This document shows positions 38,001-53,000 of a stretch of DNA of 64,000 bases, piece after piece. The notes below the pieces were generated by a model. It saw only the letters and a program-made list of their open reading frames with translations, did not search any database and was not told the DNA's origin. Made by a program: the position numbers and the translations under genes. Each line of letters opens with the position of its first letter. Within the stretch, counting starts at the first letter, position 1. The stretch spans positions 5,456,001-5,520,000 of the forward strand of contig OZ024742.1 in assembly GCA_964016885.1 (NCBI GenBank), in the 5' to 3' direction. The stretch is from Eledone cirrhosa. Taxonomy: Eukaryota.

Positions 38001-41000
38001 ATTACTGTCCTGGAGCTATAATTGTCCTGGAGGTATTATTGTTCTGGAGGTATTACTATTTGTACTGGAGGGATAACTGTCCTGGAGGTATTACTGTCCT
38101 CGAGGTATAACTGTGTGTCCTGGATGTATATCTTTCCTGGAGTTATAACTGTCTGTCCTGGAGGTATAAATGTCCTGGAGGTATTACTGTCCTGGAGGTA
38201 TCACTGTCCTGGAGGTATGACTCTCTTGAAGGTATAACTGTCCTGGACGTATTACTTTCCTGGAGGTATTTCTCTCCTGGAGGTATTACTGTCCTGGAGG
38301 TATAACTGTCCTGGCGGTATAACTGTACTGGAGGTATTACTGTCCTGGAGGTATTACTGTCCTGGAGGTATCACTGTCCTGGAGGTATGACTATCTTGGA
38401 GGTATAACTGTCCTGGACGTATTACTGTCCTGGAGGTATTTCTCTCCTGGAGGTATAACTGTCCTGGAGGTATTACTGTCCTGGAGGTATAACTGTCCTG
38501 GCGGTATAACTGTCCTGGAGGTATTACTGTCCTGGAGGTATTACTGTCCTGGAGGTATAACTGTCCTGGAGGTATAACTATCCTGGAGGTATTACTGTCC
38601 TGGAGGTATAACTGTCCGGGCGGTATAACTGTCCTGGAGGTTTTACTGTCCTCGAGGTATTACTGTCCTGGAGGTATAACTGTCCGGGCGGTACAACTGT
38701 CCTCGAGATATTACTGTCCTGGAGCTATTACTGTCCTGGAGGTATGACTGTACTTGAGGTATTACTGTCCTGGTGGTATTACTGTTCTGAAGGTATAACT
38801 GTCCTGTAGGTATAACTGTCCTGGAGGTATAACTGTCATGGAGGTATAAATGTCCTGGAGATATAACTGGCCTGGAGGTAAAACTGTGCTGGAGCTATAA
38901 CTCTCTGTTTTGGAGGTATAACAGTCCTGGAGGTATAACTCTCTGTCCTGGAGGTATAACTGTGCAGCAGGTATAACTGTCCTGGAGATATAACTTTCTG
39001 TCCTGGAGGTATAACTGTGCAGGAGGCATAACTGTCTGTCCTGGAGATATATACTGTCCTGGAGGTATAACTGTGCTGGATGTATAATTGTGCTGGAGTT
39101 ATACCTGTCTATCCTGGAGGTATAACAGTGCAGGAGGTATAACTCTCTGTCCTGGAGGTATAACGTCTGTCCTGGAGGTATAACTGTTCTGTAGGTATAA
39201 TTGTGCTGGAGGTATAACTGTTCTCGAGGTATAACTATGCTGGAGGTATAACTGTCTGTCCAGGAGGTATAACTGTCCTGGAGTTATAACTGTCCTGGAG
39301 GTATAAATCCCCTGGAGGTATTGCTGTCCTCGAGGTATTACTGTCCTGGAGGTGTAACTGTCCTGGAGGTATAACTGTCCTGGGGGTATAACTGTCCTTG
39401 AGGTATTACTGTCCTGGAGGTATAACTGTCCTGGAAGTATTTACTGTGCTGGAGGTATAACTGTCCTGGAGGTATTACTGTCCTGGAGGTATTTACTGTG
39501 CTGGAGGTATAACTGTCCTGGAGTATTACTGTCCTGGAGATATTACTGTCCTGGAGGTATTACTATCCTGGAGTATTACTGTCCTGGAGGTATTACTGTC
39601 CTGGAGTATTACTGTATTGGAGGTATTACTGTCCTGGAGGTATAACTGTCCTGGAGGTATAATTTTTCTAGAGGTATAACTGTCCTGGAGGTATAACTGT
39701 CCTGGAGTATTACTGTCTTGGATGTATTACTGTCCTGGAGGTATAATTCTCCTGGATGTATAACTGTGCTGGAGGTATAACTGTCCTGGAGGTATAACTG
39801 TGCTGGAGGTATAACTGTCCTGGAGCTATAACTGTCTGTCCTGGAGCTATAACTGTGCTGGAGGTATAACTGTCCTGAGGTATAACTCTCTGTCCTGGGG
39901 GTATAACTGTCTATGCTGGAGGTATAACTGTCCTGGAGGTATAACTCTCTGTCCTGGAGGTATAAATCTCTGTCCTGGAGTTATAACTTACTGTCCTGGA
40001 GGAATAACTCTCTGTCCTGGAGATATAACTGTGCTGAGGTATAACTGTACTGGAGATAAAACTGTCTGTCCTGGAGGTATAACTGTCTGTACTGGAGGTA
40101 TAACTGTGCTGGAGATATAACTGCCTGTCCTGGAGATATTGCTGTCCTGGAGGTATTACTCTCTGTCCTGGAGGTATAATTGTGCTGGTGGTATAATTGT
40201 GCTGGAAGTATAACTGTCTGTCCTGGAGCTATAACTGTGCTGGGGGTATAATTGTGCTGGAGGTATAACTCTCTGTCGTGTAGGTATAACTGTGCTGGAG
40301 GTATAATTGTGCTGCAGGTATAACTGTCCTGGCGGTATAACTGTCTTAGAGGTATTACTGTCCTGGAGGTATTACTGTCCTGGACGTATAACTGTCCTGG
40401 AGCTATTACTGTCCTGGAGGTATTACTGTCCTGGAGGTATAACTGTCCTGGAGGTATAACTGTCCTGGAGGTATTACTGTCCTGGAGCTATAATTGTCCT
40501 GGAGGTTTTACTATTCTGGAGGTATTACTATTTGTACTGGAGGGATAACTGTCCTGGAGATATTACTATCCTCGAGGTATAACTGTGTGTCCTGGATGTA
40601 TATCTTTCCTGGAGTTATAACTGTCTGTCCTGGAGGTATAATTGTCCTGGAGGTATAAATGTCCTGGAGGTATTCCTGTCCTGGAGGTTCTGGTGTCCTG
40701 GAGGTATTACTGTCCTGGAGTATTTCTGTCCTGGAGGTATTACTGTCATGGCGGTATTACTGTCCTGGAGTATTACTGTCCTGGAGGTATAACTTTCCTG
40801 GAGGTATAACTGTCCTGGAGGTATAACTCTGTGTCCTGGAGGTATAACTCTCTGTCCTGGAGGTATAAGTGTCTGTCCTGGAGGTATAACTGTCTGTCCT
40901 GGAGGTATAACTGTATTGGAGGTATAACTGTCTGTCCTGGAGATATTACTGTCCTGGAGGTATAACTGTGCTGGAGGTATAATTGTGCTGGAGGTATAAC

Positions 41001-44000
41001 TGTCTGTCCTGAAGGTATATCTGTCTGTCCTGGAGTTATAACTGTCCTGGAGGTATAACTGTGCTGGAGCTATAATTGTGCTGGAGGTATAACTCTCTGT
41101 CGTGGAGGTATAACTCTCTGTCCTGGAAGTATAACTGTGCTGGAGGTACAATTGTGCTGGAGGTATAACTGTCTGTCCTGGAGGTATAACTGTCCTTCCT
41201 GGAGGTATAACTGTCCTGGAGGTATAGCAGTGCAGGAGGTATAACTCTCTGTCCTGGAGGTATAACGCCTGTCCTGGAGGTATACCTGTCCTGGAGGTAT
41301 AACTGTTCTGGAGGTATAATTGTGCTGGAGGTATAACTCTCTGTCCTGGAGGTACTACTGTGCTTGAGTTATAATTGTGCTGCAGGTTTAACTGTCCTGG
41401 AGGTATAACTCTCTGTCCTGGAGGTATAACTGTCCTGGAGGTATAACTGTTCTCGAGGTATAACTATGCTGGAGGTATAAATGTCCTGGAGGTATTACTG
41501 TCATGGAGGTATAACTGTCTGTCTTCGAGGTATAACTGTCCTGGAGGTATAACTGTCCTGGAGGTATTACTGTCGTGGAGGTATAACTGTCTGTCCTGGA
41601 GGTATAACTGTCTGTCCTGGAGGTATAAATCCTCTGGAGGTATTACTGTCCTGGAGGTATTACTGTCCTGGACGTATTACTGTCCTGGAGGTATAACTGT
41701 GCTGGAAATATAACTGTCCTTGAGGTATTACTGTCCTGGAGGTATTACTGTCCTGGAGGTATTACTGTCCTGGAGTATTACTGTCCTGGAGGTATTACTG
41801 TCCTGGAGTATTTCTGTCCTGGAGGCATTACTGTCATGGCGGTATTACTGTCCTGGAGTATTACTGTCCTGGAGGTATAATTGTCCTGGAGGTATAACTG
41901 TGCTGGAAATATAACTCTCCTTGAGGTATTACTGTGCTGGAGGTATAACTGTCTGTCCTGGAGGTATAACTGTCTGTCCTGGAGGTATAATTCTCTGTCC
42001 TGGAGGTATAACTGTCCTGGAGGTATAACTGTCTGTCCTGGAGGTATAACTGTCTGTCCTGGAGGTATAATTCTCTGTCCTGGAGGTATAACTGTCCTGG
42101 AGGTATAACTGTCTGTCCTGGAGGTATAACTGTCTGTCCTGGAGGGATAACTGTATTGTAGGTATAACTGTCTGTCCTGGAGATATTACTGTCCTGGAGG
42201 TATAACTGTGCTGGAGGTATAATTGTGCTGGAGGTATAACTGTCTGTCCTGAAGGTATAACTGTCTGTCCTGGAGGTATAACTGTCTGTCCTGGAGATAT
42301 TACTGTCCTGGAGGTATAACTGTGCTGGAGGTATAATTGTGTTGGAGGTATAACTGTCTGTCCTGAAGGTATAAATGTCTGTCCTGGAGGTATAACAGTA
42401 CATGAGGTATAAATCTCTGTCCTGGAGGTATAACTGTCTGTCCTGGAGTTATAACTGTCCTGGAGGTATAACTGTGCTGGAGGTATAATTGTGCTGGAGG
42501 TATAACTCTCTGTCGTGGAGGTATAACTCTCTGTCGTGGAGGTATAACTCTCTGTCCTGGAAGTATAACTGTGCTGGAGTTATATTTGTGCTGGAGGTAT
42601 AACTGTCTGTCTTCGAGGTATAACTGTCTTGGAGGTATAACTGTCTATCCTGGAGGTATTTCCGTCCTGGAGGTATAACTGTCTGTCCTGGAGGTATAAC
42701 TGTCCTGGAGTTATAACTGTCCTGGAGGTATAAATCCCCTGGAGGTATTATTTTCCTGGAGGTATTACTGTCCTCGAGGTATAAATGTCCTTGAGGTATT
42801 ACTGTCCTGGAGGTATTACTGTCGTGGAGGTATTACTGTCCTGGAGGTATAACTGTTCTGGAGGTATAATTGTGCTGGTGGTATAACTCTCTGTCCTGGA
42901 GGCACTACTGTGCTTGAGTTATAATTGTGCTGGAGGTTTAACTGTCCTGGAGGTATAACTGTCTGTCCTGGAGGTATAACTGTCCTGGAGGTATAACTGT
43001 TCTCGAGGTATAACTATGCTGGAGTTATAAATGTCCAGGAAGTATTACTGTCATGGAGGTATAACTGTCTGGCTTCGAGGTATAACTGTCCTGGAGGTAT
43101 AACTGTCCTGGAGGTATTACTGTCGTGGAGGTATAACTGCCTGTCCTGGAGGTATAAATCCCCTGGAGGTATTACTGTCCTGGAGGTATTACTGTCCTGG
43201 AGGTGTAACTGTCCTGGAGGAATAACTGTCCTGGGGGTATAACTGTCCTTGAGGTATTACTGTCCTGGACATATTACTGTCCTGGAGGTATAACTGTGCT
43301 GGAAATATAACTGTCCTTGAGGTATTACTGTCCTGGAGGTATTACTGTCCTGGAGGTATTTACTGTGCTGGAGGTATAACTGTCCTGGAGGTATTACTGT
43401 CCTGGAGGTATTACTTTCCTGGAGCTATTAGTGTCCTGGAAGTATAACTGTCCTGGAGGTATTACTGTCCTGGAGTATTACTGTCTTGGAGGTATTACTG
43501 TCCTGGAGTATTACTGTCCTGGTGGTATTACTGTCCTGGAGTATTACTGTCTTGGAGGTATTACTGTCCTGGAGGTATAACTGTCCTGGAGGTATAATTT
43601 TGTTAGAGGTATAACTGTCCTGGAGGTATAACTGTCCTGGAGGTATTACTGTCTTGGAGGTATTTCTGTCCTGGAGGTATAATTCTCCTGGATGTATTAC
43701 AGTTCTGGAGGTATTACTGTCCTGGGTATTACTTTCCTAGAGTATTACTGTCCTGGATGTATAACTGTTCTGGAGGTATAACTGTCCTGGAGGTATAACT
43801 GTGCTGGAGGTATAACTGTCTGTCCTGGAGCTATAACTGTGCTGGAGGTATAACTGTCCTGAGGTATAACTCTCTGTCCTGGGGGTATAATTGTCTATCC
43901 TGGAGGTATATCTGTCCTGGAGGTATAACTCTCTGTCCTGGAGGTATAACTCTCTGTCCTGGAGTTATAACTTACTGTCCTGGAGGAATAACTCTCTGTC

Positions 44001-47000
44001 CTGGAGATGTAACTGTGCTGGAGGTATAACTGTCCTGGAGGTATAACTGTCTGTCCTGGAGGGATAACTGTCTGTACTGGAGGTATAACTGTGCTGGAGA
44101 TATAACTGTCTGTCCTGGAGATATTACTGTCCTGGAGGTATTACTCTCTGTCCTGGAGGTATAACTGTGCTGGTGGTATAATTGTGCTGGAGGTATAACT
44201 GTCTGTCCTGGAGGTATAACTGTGCTGGAGGTATAATTGTGCTGGAGGTATAACTCTCTGTCGTGGAGGTATAACTCTCTGTCGTGGAGGTATAACTCTC
44301 TGTCCTGGAAGTATAACTGTGCTGGAGGTATAATTGTGCTGGAGGTTTAACTGTCTGTCCTGGAGGTATAACTGTCTGTTCTGGAGGAATAAATGTCCTG
44401 GAGGTATAACTGTTCTCGAGGTATAACTGTGCTGGAGGTATAAATGTCCTGGAGGTATTATTGTCCTGGAGATATAACTGTCAGTGCTGGAGGTATAACT
44501 GTCTATCCTGGAGGTATAACTGTCTGTCTTCGAGGTATAACTGTCCTGGAGGTATAACTGTCGTGGAGGTATAAATGTCCTGGTGGTATTACTGTCCTGG
44601 ATGTATAAATATCTGTCCTGGAGGTATTACCACCCTGGAGGTATAACTGTCTGTCCTGGAGGTATAGCAGTCCTGGAGTTATAACTGTCCTGGAGGTATA
44701 AATGCCCTGGAGGTATTATTGTCCTGGAGGTATTACTGTCCTCGAGGTATTACTGTCCTGTAGGTATAACTGTGCTGGAGGTATAACTGTCATGGAGGTA
44801 TAAATCCACTGGAGGTATTACTGTTCTGGAGGTATTACTGTCCTGGAGGCATAACTGTCCTGGAGGTATAACTGTCCTGGGGGTATAACTGTCCTTGAGA
44901 TATAACTGTGCTGGAGGTATAACTGTCGTGGAGGTACAACTGTTCTGGGGGTATTACTGTCCAGGAGGTATAACTCTCCTGGAGGTATTATTGTTCTGGA
45001 GGTATTACTGTCCTGGGTATTACTGTTCTGGAGGTAAAACTGTCCTGGATCTATAACTGTTCTGGAGGTAAAACTGTCCTGGAGGTATAACTGTGCTGGA
45101 GGTAAAACTGTGCTGGAGGTATAACTCTCTGTCCTGGTGGTATACTGTCTGTCCTGGAGGTATAACTCTCATTCCTGGAAGTATAACTCTCTGTCCTGGA
45201 GGTATAACTCACTGTCCTGGAGGAATAATTCACTGTCCTGGAGGTATAACTGTCTGTCCTGGAGGTATAACTGTCTGTCCTGGAGGTATAACTCACTGTC
45301 CTGGAGGAATAATTCACTGTCCTGGAGGTATAACTGTCTGTCCTGGAGGTATAACTGCCTGCCCTGGAGGTAAAACTGTCCTGGAGGTATAACTGTATGT
45401 CCTGGAGGTATAACTGTCTGTCCTGGAGGTATAACTGTCTGTCCTGGAGGTATAACTGCCTGCCCTGGAGGTAAAACTGTCCTGGAGGTATAACTGTCTG
45501 TCCTGGAGGTATAACTGTCTGTCCTGGAGGTATAACTGTCTGTCCTGGAGGTATAACTGTCTGTCCTGGGGGTATAACTCTCATTCCTGGAAATATAACT
45601 CTCTGTCTTGGAGGTATAACTCACTGTCCTGGAGGAATAATTCACTGTCCTGGAGGTATAACTGTCCTGGCGGTATAACTGTCTTGGAGGTATTACTCTC
45701 CTGAAGGTATTAATGTGCTGGAGGTATAACTGTCCTGGGAGGTATTACTGTACTGGAAGTATAACTGTCCCGGAGCTATTACTGTCCTGGAGGTAGTACA
45801 TTCCTGGAGGTATAACTGTCCTGGAGCTATAACTGTCCTGGGGTATTCCTGACCTCGAGGTATAACTGTGTGTCCTGGATGTATATCATTTCTGGAGTTA
45901 TAACTGTCTTGGAGCTATAAATGTCCTGGAGGTATTACTGTCCTGGAGGTATTGGTGTCCTGGAGGTATTACTGTCCTGGAGTATTAATGTCCTGGAGTA
46001 TTACTGTCATGTCGGTATTACTGTCCTGGAGTATTGCTGTCCTGGAGGTATTACTGTCCTGCAGGTACAACTGTCCTGGAGTTATAACTGTGCTGGAGGT
46101 ATAACTGTCCTGGGGGTATAACTGTCCTTGAGGTATTACTGTCCTGGACGTATTACTGTCCTGGAGGTATAACTGTGCTGGAAATATAACTGTCCTTGAG
46201 GTATTACTGTCCTGGAGGTATTATTGTCCTGGAGGTATTTACTGTGCTGGAGGTATAACTGTCCTTGAGGTATTACTGTCCTGGAGGTAGAACTGTCTGT
46301 CCTGGAGGTAGAACTGTCTGTCCTGGAGGTATAACAGTCTTGGAGGTATTACTCTCTGTCCTGGAGGTATAACTCTCCTGGAGGTATAACTGTCTGTCCT
46401 GGAGGTATAACTGTATTGGAGGTATAACTGTCTGTCCTGGAGATATTACTGTCCTGGAGGTATAACTGCGCTGGAGGTATAATTGTGCTGGAGGTATAAC
46501 TGTCTGTCCTGAAGGTCTAACTGTCTGTCCTGGAGGTATAACACTGCAGGAGGTATAACTCTTTGTCCTGGAGGTATAACTCTCTGTCCTGGAGTTATAA
46601 CTGTCCTGGAGGTATAACTGTGCTGGAGATATAATTGTGCTGGAGGTATAACTCTCTGTCGTGGAGGTATAACTCTCTCTCCTGGAAGTATAACTGTGCT
46701 GGAGGTATAATTGTGCTGGAGGTATAACTGTCCTGGATATATAACTGTCTGTCCTGGAGGTATAACTGTCTATCCTGGAGGTATAAATGTCTGTCTTCGA
46801 GGTATAACTGTCCTGGAGGTATAACTGTCGTGGAGGTATAAATGTCCTGGAGGTATTACTGTCCTGAATGTATAAATATCTGTCCTGGAGGTATCACTGT
46901 CATGGAGGTATAACTGTCTGTCCTGGAGGTATTACCGTCCTGGAGGTATAACTGTCTGTCCTGGAGGTATAGCTGTCCTGGAGTTATAACTGTCCTGGAG

Positions 47001-50000
47001 GTATACATCCCCTGGAGGTATTATTGTCCTGGAGATATTACTGTCCTCGAGGTATAACTGTCCTTGAGGTATTACTGTCCTGGAGGTATTACTGTCCTGT
47101 AGGTATAACTGTGCTGGAGGTATAACTGTCCTGGAGGTATAAATCCCCTGGAGGCATTACTGTTCTGGAGGTATTACTGTCCTGGAGGCATAACTGTCCT
47201 GGAGGTATAACTGTCCTGGGGGTATAAATGTCCTTGAGGTATAACTGTGCTGGAGGTATATCTGTCCTGGAGGTATAACTGTTCTGGGGTTATTACTGTC
47301 CTGGAGATATTACTTTCCTGGAGGTATTACTGTCCTGGAGTTTTACTGTCCTGGAGGTATTACTGTCCTGGAGGTATACCTGTCCTGGAGATATTACTGT
47401 CCTGGAGTATTACTGTCCTGGAGGTATAACTGTGCTGGAGGTATTACTGTCCTGGAGGTATTACTGTCCTGGAGGTATACCTGTCCTGGAGATATTACTG
47501 TCCTGGAGTATTACTGTCCTGGAGGTATAACTGTGCTGGAGGTATTACTGTCCTGGAGGTATAACTGTCCTGGAGGTATAACTGTCTTGGAGATATTACA
47601 GTCCTGGAGGTATTACAGTCCTGGAGGTATATCTCTCCTGGACGTATAACTGTACTGGAGGTATTACTGTCCTGGAGGTATAACTGTCATGGACGTATTA
47701 CTGTCCTGGAGGTATAATTGTCCTGGAGGTATTACTGTCCTGGAGGTATAACTGTTCTGGAGGTATTACTGTCCTGGAGGTATAACTGTTCTGGAGGTAT
47801 TACTGTCAAGGATTATAACTGTCCTGGAAGTATTACTATCCTGGAGGTATAATTGTCCTGGAGGTATTACTGTCCTGGAGGTATAATTGTCCTGGAGGTA
47901 TTACTGTCCTGGAGGTATAACTGTTCTGGAGGTATTACTGTCCTGGAGGTATAACTGTTCTGGAGGTATTACTGTCCTGGAGGTATTAATGTCCTGGACG
48001 TATAACTGTCATGGAGGTATTACTGTCCTGGATTTATTACTGTCCTGGAGTATTACTGTCCTGGAGGTATTACTGTCATGGAGGTATAACTGTCCTGGAG
48101 GTATTACTGTCATGGAGGTATTACTGTCCTGGAGGTATAATTGTCCTGGAGGTATTACTGTCCGGGAGGTATTACTGTCCTGGAGATTTTACTGTCCTGG
48201 GGGTTTACCTGTCCTGGAGATATTACTGTCCTGGAGGTATAACTGTGCTGGAGGTATTACTGTCCTGGAGGTATAACTGTCCTGGAGGTATAACTGTCCT
48301 GGACGTATAACTGTACTGGAGGTATTACTGTCAGGGATTATTACTGTCCTGGAGGTATTACTATCCTGGAGGTATAACTGTCCTGGAGGTATTACTGTCA
48401 TGGAGGTATTACTGTCCTGGAGGTATAATTGTCCTGGAGGTATTACTGTCCTGGAGGTATTACTGTCCTGGAGATTTTACTGTCCTGTGGGTATAACTGT
48501 CCTGGAGGTATTACTGTCCTGGAGTATAACTGTTCTGGAGGTATTACTGTCCTGGAGGTATAACTGTCCTGGAGGTATTACTGTCCTGGTGGTATTACTG
48601 TCCTGGTGGTATAACTGTCCTTGGATGTCTAACTGTCCTTGAGGTATTACTGTCCTGGCGGTGTTACTGTCCTGGAACTATAATTATCCTGGAGGTATTA
48701 CTGTCCTGGAGGTATAAGTGACCTGGAGGTATAACTGTCCTGGAGGTATAACTGTCCTGGAGATATAACTGTCCTGGCGGTATTACTGTCCTGTAGGTAT
48801 TACTGTCCTGGAGTATAACTGTCCTGGAGGTGTTACTGTCCAGGAGGTATAACTGTCCTGGCGGTATTACTGTCCAGGAGGTATAACTCTCCTGGAGGTA
48901 TAACTGTCCCGGAGATATTACTGTCCTGGAGATATAACTGTCTTGGCGGTATTACTGTCCTGGAACTATAATTATCCTGGAGGTATTACTGTCCTGGAGG
49001 TATAAGTATCCTGGACATATAACTGTCCTGTTGATATAACTGTCCTGACGGTATTACTGTCCTGGAGGTATAACTGTCCTGGAGGTGTTACTGTCCAGGA
49101 GGTATAACTGTCCTGGCGGTATTACTGTCCAGGAGATATAACTGTCCTGGCGGTATTACTGTCCAGGAGGTATAACTGTCCTGGCGGTATTACTGTCCAG
49201 GAGATATAACTGTCGTGGCGGTATTACTGTCCAGGAGATATAACTCTCCTGGCGGTATTACTGTCCAGGAGATATAACTGTCCTGGCGGTATTACTGTCC
49301 AGGAGATATAACTCTCCTGGCGGTATTACTGTCCAGGAGGTATAACTGTCTTGAAGGTATTACTGTCCTGGAGGTATAACTGTCCTGGAGGTATTACTGT
49401 CCTGGAGTATTACTGTCCTGGAGGTGTAACTGTCCTGGAGGTATTACTGTCCTGGAGGTATAACTGTCCTGGAGGTATTACTGTCCTGGAGTATTACTGT
49501 CCTGGAGGTATAACTGTCCTGGAGGTATTACTGTCCTGGAGGTATAACTGTCCTGGAGGTATTACTGTTCTGGAGGTATTACTGTTCTGGAGGTATAATT
49601 GTCCTGGAGGTATTACTGTCCCGGATTATTACTGTCCTGGAGGTATTACTATCCTGGAGGTATAACTGTCCTGGAGGTATTACTGTCCTGGAGGTCTTAC
49701 TGTCCTGGAGGTATTACTGTTCTGGAGGTATAATTGTCCTGGAGGTATTACTGTCCTGGAGGTATAACTCTCCTGGAGTTATTACTGTCCTGGAGTATTA
49801 CTGTCCTGGATATATAACTCTCCTGGAGGTATTACTGACCTGGAGGTATTACTGTCCTGGATGTATTACTGTCCTGGAGGTATAACTGTCCTCGCGGTAT
49901 TACTGTCCTGGAGGTATTACTCTCCTAGAGGTATAACTGTCCTGGAGGTATAAATGTCCCGGAGATATTACTGTCCAGGAGCTATAACTTATTGTCCTGC

Positions 50001-53000
50001 AGGTATAACTGTCCTGCAGGTATAACTGTCCTGGAGATATAACTGTCCTGGAGGAATAACTGTCCTGGAGTATTACTGTGCTGGAGATATAACTGTTCTG
50101 GAGGTATTACACTCCTGGAGGTATAACTGTCCTGGAGGTATTACTGTCCTGGAGGTATAACTCTCCTGGAGTTATTACTGTCCTGTGGTTTAACTGTCCT
50201 GGAGGTATGACTGTCCTGGATATATAACTCTCCTGGAGGTATAACTGTCCTGGAGATATAACTGTCCTGGTGGTATTACTGTCCTGTAGGTATTACTGTA
50301 CTGGAGGTATAACTGTCCTGGAGGTGTTACGGTCCAGGAGGTGTAACTGACCTGGAGGTATTACTGTCCTGGAGTATTACTGTCCTGGAGTATTACTGTC
50401 CTGGAGGTATAACTGTCCTGGTGGTATTACTGTCCTGGAACTATAATTATCCTGGAGGTATTACTGTCCTGGAGGTATAACTGTCCTGGAGGTATAACTG
50501 TCCTGGAGGTATAACTGTCCTGGAGATATAACTGTCCTGGTGGTATTACTGTCCTGTAGGTATTACTGTACTGGAGGTATAACTGTCCTGGAGGTGTTAC
50601 GGTCCAGGAGGTGTAACTGTCCTCGCGGTATTACTGTCCTGGAGGTATAACTCTCCTAGAGGTATAACTGTCCTGGAGATATAAATGTCCTGGAGATATA
50701 ACTGTCCTGGTGGTATTACTGTCCTGGATGTATAACTGTCCTGAAGGTATTCCTGTCCTGGAGGTATAACTGTCCCGGAGGTATTACTGTCCTGGAGGTA
50801 TAACTGTCCTGGAGATATTACAGTCCTGGAGGAATTACTGTCCTGGAAGTATAACTCTCCTGGAGTTATTACTGTCCTGGAGATATTACTGTCCTGGAGT
50901 ATTACTGTCCTGGAGGTATAACTGTCCTGGAGGTATTACTGTCCTGGAGTATTACTGTCCTGGAGGTATTACTGTCCTGGGGTATACCTGTCCTGGAGTA
51001 TTACTGTGCGGGGGGTATAACTGTTCTGGAGGTATTAATGTCCTGGAGGTATAACTGTCCTGGAGGTATAACTGTCCTGGAGGATTTACTGTCCGTGAGG
51101 TATTACTGTTCTGGAGGAATAATTGTCCTGGAGGTATAACTGTCCTGGAGGTATAACGGTCCTGGAGGTATTACTGTCCTGGAGCTATTACTGTCCTGAA
51201 GGTATTACTGTCCTGGAGGTATAACTGTCCTGGAGGTATAACTGTCCTGGAGATATTACTGTCCTGGAGGTATAACTGTCCTGGAGGTATTACTGTCCCG
51301 GATTATTACTGTCCTGGAGGTAATACTATCCTGGAGGTATAACTGTCCTGGAGGATTTACTGTCCTGGAGATTTTACTGTCCTGGGGCTATAACTGTCCT
51401 GGAGGTATTACTGTCCTGGTACTTTAATTATCCTGGAGGCATTACTGTCCTGGAGGTCTTACTGTCCTGGAGGTATTACTGTCCTGGAGGTATTACTGTC
51501 CTGGGGCTATAACTGTCCTGTAGGTATTACTGTCCTGGAACTATAATTATCCTGGAGGTATTACTGTCCTGTAGGTATTACTGTCCTGGAGGTATAACTG
51601 TCCTGGAGGTGTTACTGTCCAGGAGGCATAACTGTCCTGGCGGTATTACAGTCCAGGAGAAATAACTGTCCTGGCGGTATTACTGTCCAGGAGGTATAAC
51701 TGTCCTGGCGGTATTACTGACCTGGAGGTATAACTCTCCTAGAGGTATAACTATCCTGGAGGTATAACTGTCCTGGAGATATAACTGTCCTGGCGCTATT
51801 ACTGTCCAGGAGCTATAACTGTCTGTCCTGGAGGTATAACTGTCCAGGAGGTATAACTCTCCTGGAGATATAACTGTCCTGGCGGTATTACTGTACAGGA
51901 GCTATAACTGTCTGTCCTGGAGGTATAACTGTCCTGGAGGTATAACTGTCTGGAGGTTTAACTGTCCTGGAGGTATAACTCTCTGTCCTGGAGGTATAAC
52001 TGATCTGGAGTTATTACTGTCCTGGAGATATTACCTTCCTGGGGGTATAACTGTCCTGGGGATGTAACTGTCCTGGAGGTATTTCTGTCCTGGAGGTATT
52101 ACTGTCCTGGAGTATAACTGTCCTGGAGGTGTTACTGTCCAGGAGGTATAACTGTCCTGGCGGAATTACTGTCCAGGAGGTATAACTGTCCTGGCGGTAT
52201 TACTGTCCAGGAGGTATAACTCTCCTGGAGGTATAACTGTCCCGGAGATATTACTGTCCTGGAGATATAACTGTCTTGGCGGTATTACTGTCCTGGAACT
52301 ATAATTATCCTGGAGGTATTACTGTCCTGGAGGTATAAGTATCCTGGAGGTTTAACTGTCCTGGAGGTATAACTGTCCTGGAGATATAACTGTCCTGACG
52401 GTATTACTGTCCTGTAGGTAATACTGTCCTGGAGTATAACTGTCCTGGCGGTATTACTGTCCAGGAGATATAACTGTCCTGGCGGTATTAGTGTCTAGGG
52501 GGTATAACTGTCCTGGCTGTATAACTGACCTGGAGGTATTACTGTTCTGGAAGTATAACTGACCTGGAGGTATAACTGTCCTGGAGGTATAACTGTCCTG
52601 GAGGTATAACTGTCCTGGAGATATTACAGTCCTGGATGTATTATAGTCCTGGAGGTATATCTCTCCTGGACGTATAACTGTACTGGAGGTCTTACTGTCA
52701 GGGATTATTACTGTCCTGGAGGTATTACTATCCTGGAGGTATAATTGACCTGGAGGTATTACTGTCCTTGAGATATTACCTTCCTGGGGGTATAACTGTC
52801 CTGGGGATATAACTGTCCTGGAGGTATTTCTGTCCTGGAGGTATTACTGTCCTGGAGGTTTAACTGTGCTGGAGGTATTACTGTCTTGGAGATATTAATA
52901 TCATGGGCGTATAACTGCCCTGGAGGTATTACTGTCCTGGAAGTATTACTGTCCTGGGGGTATACCTGTCCTGGAGATATTACTGGCCTGGAGTATTACT

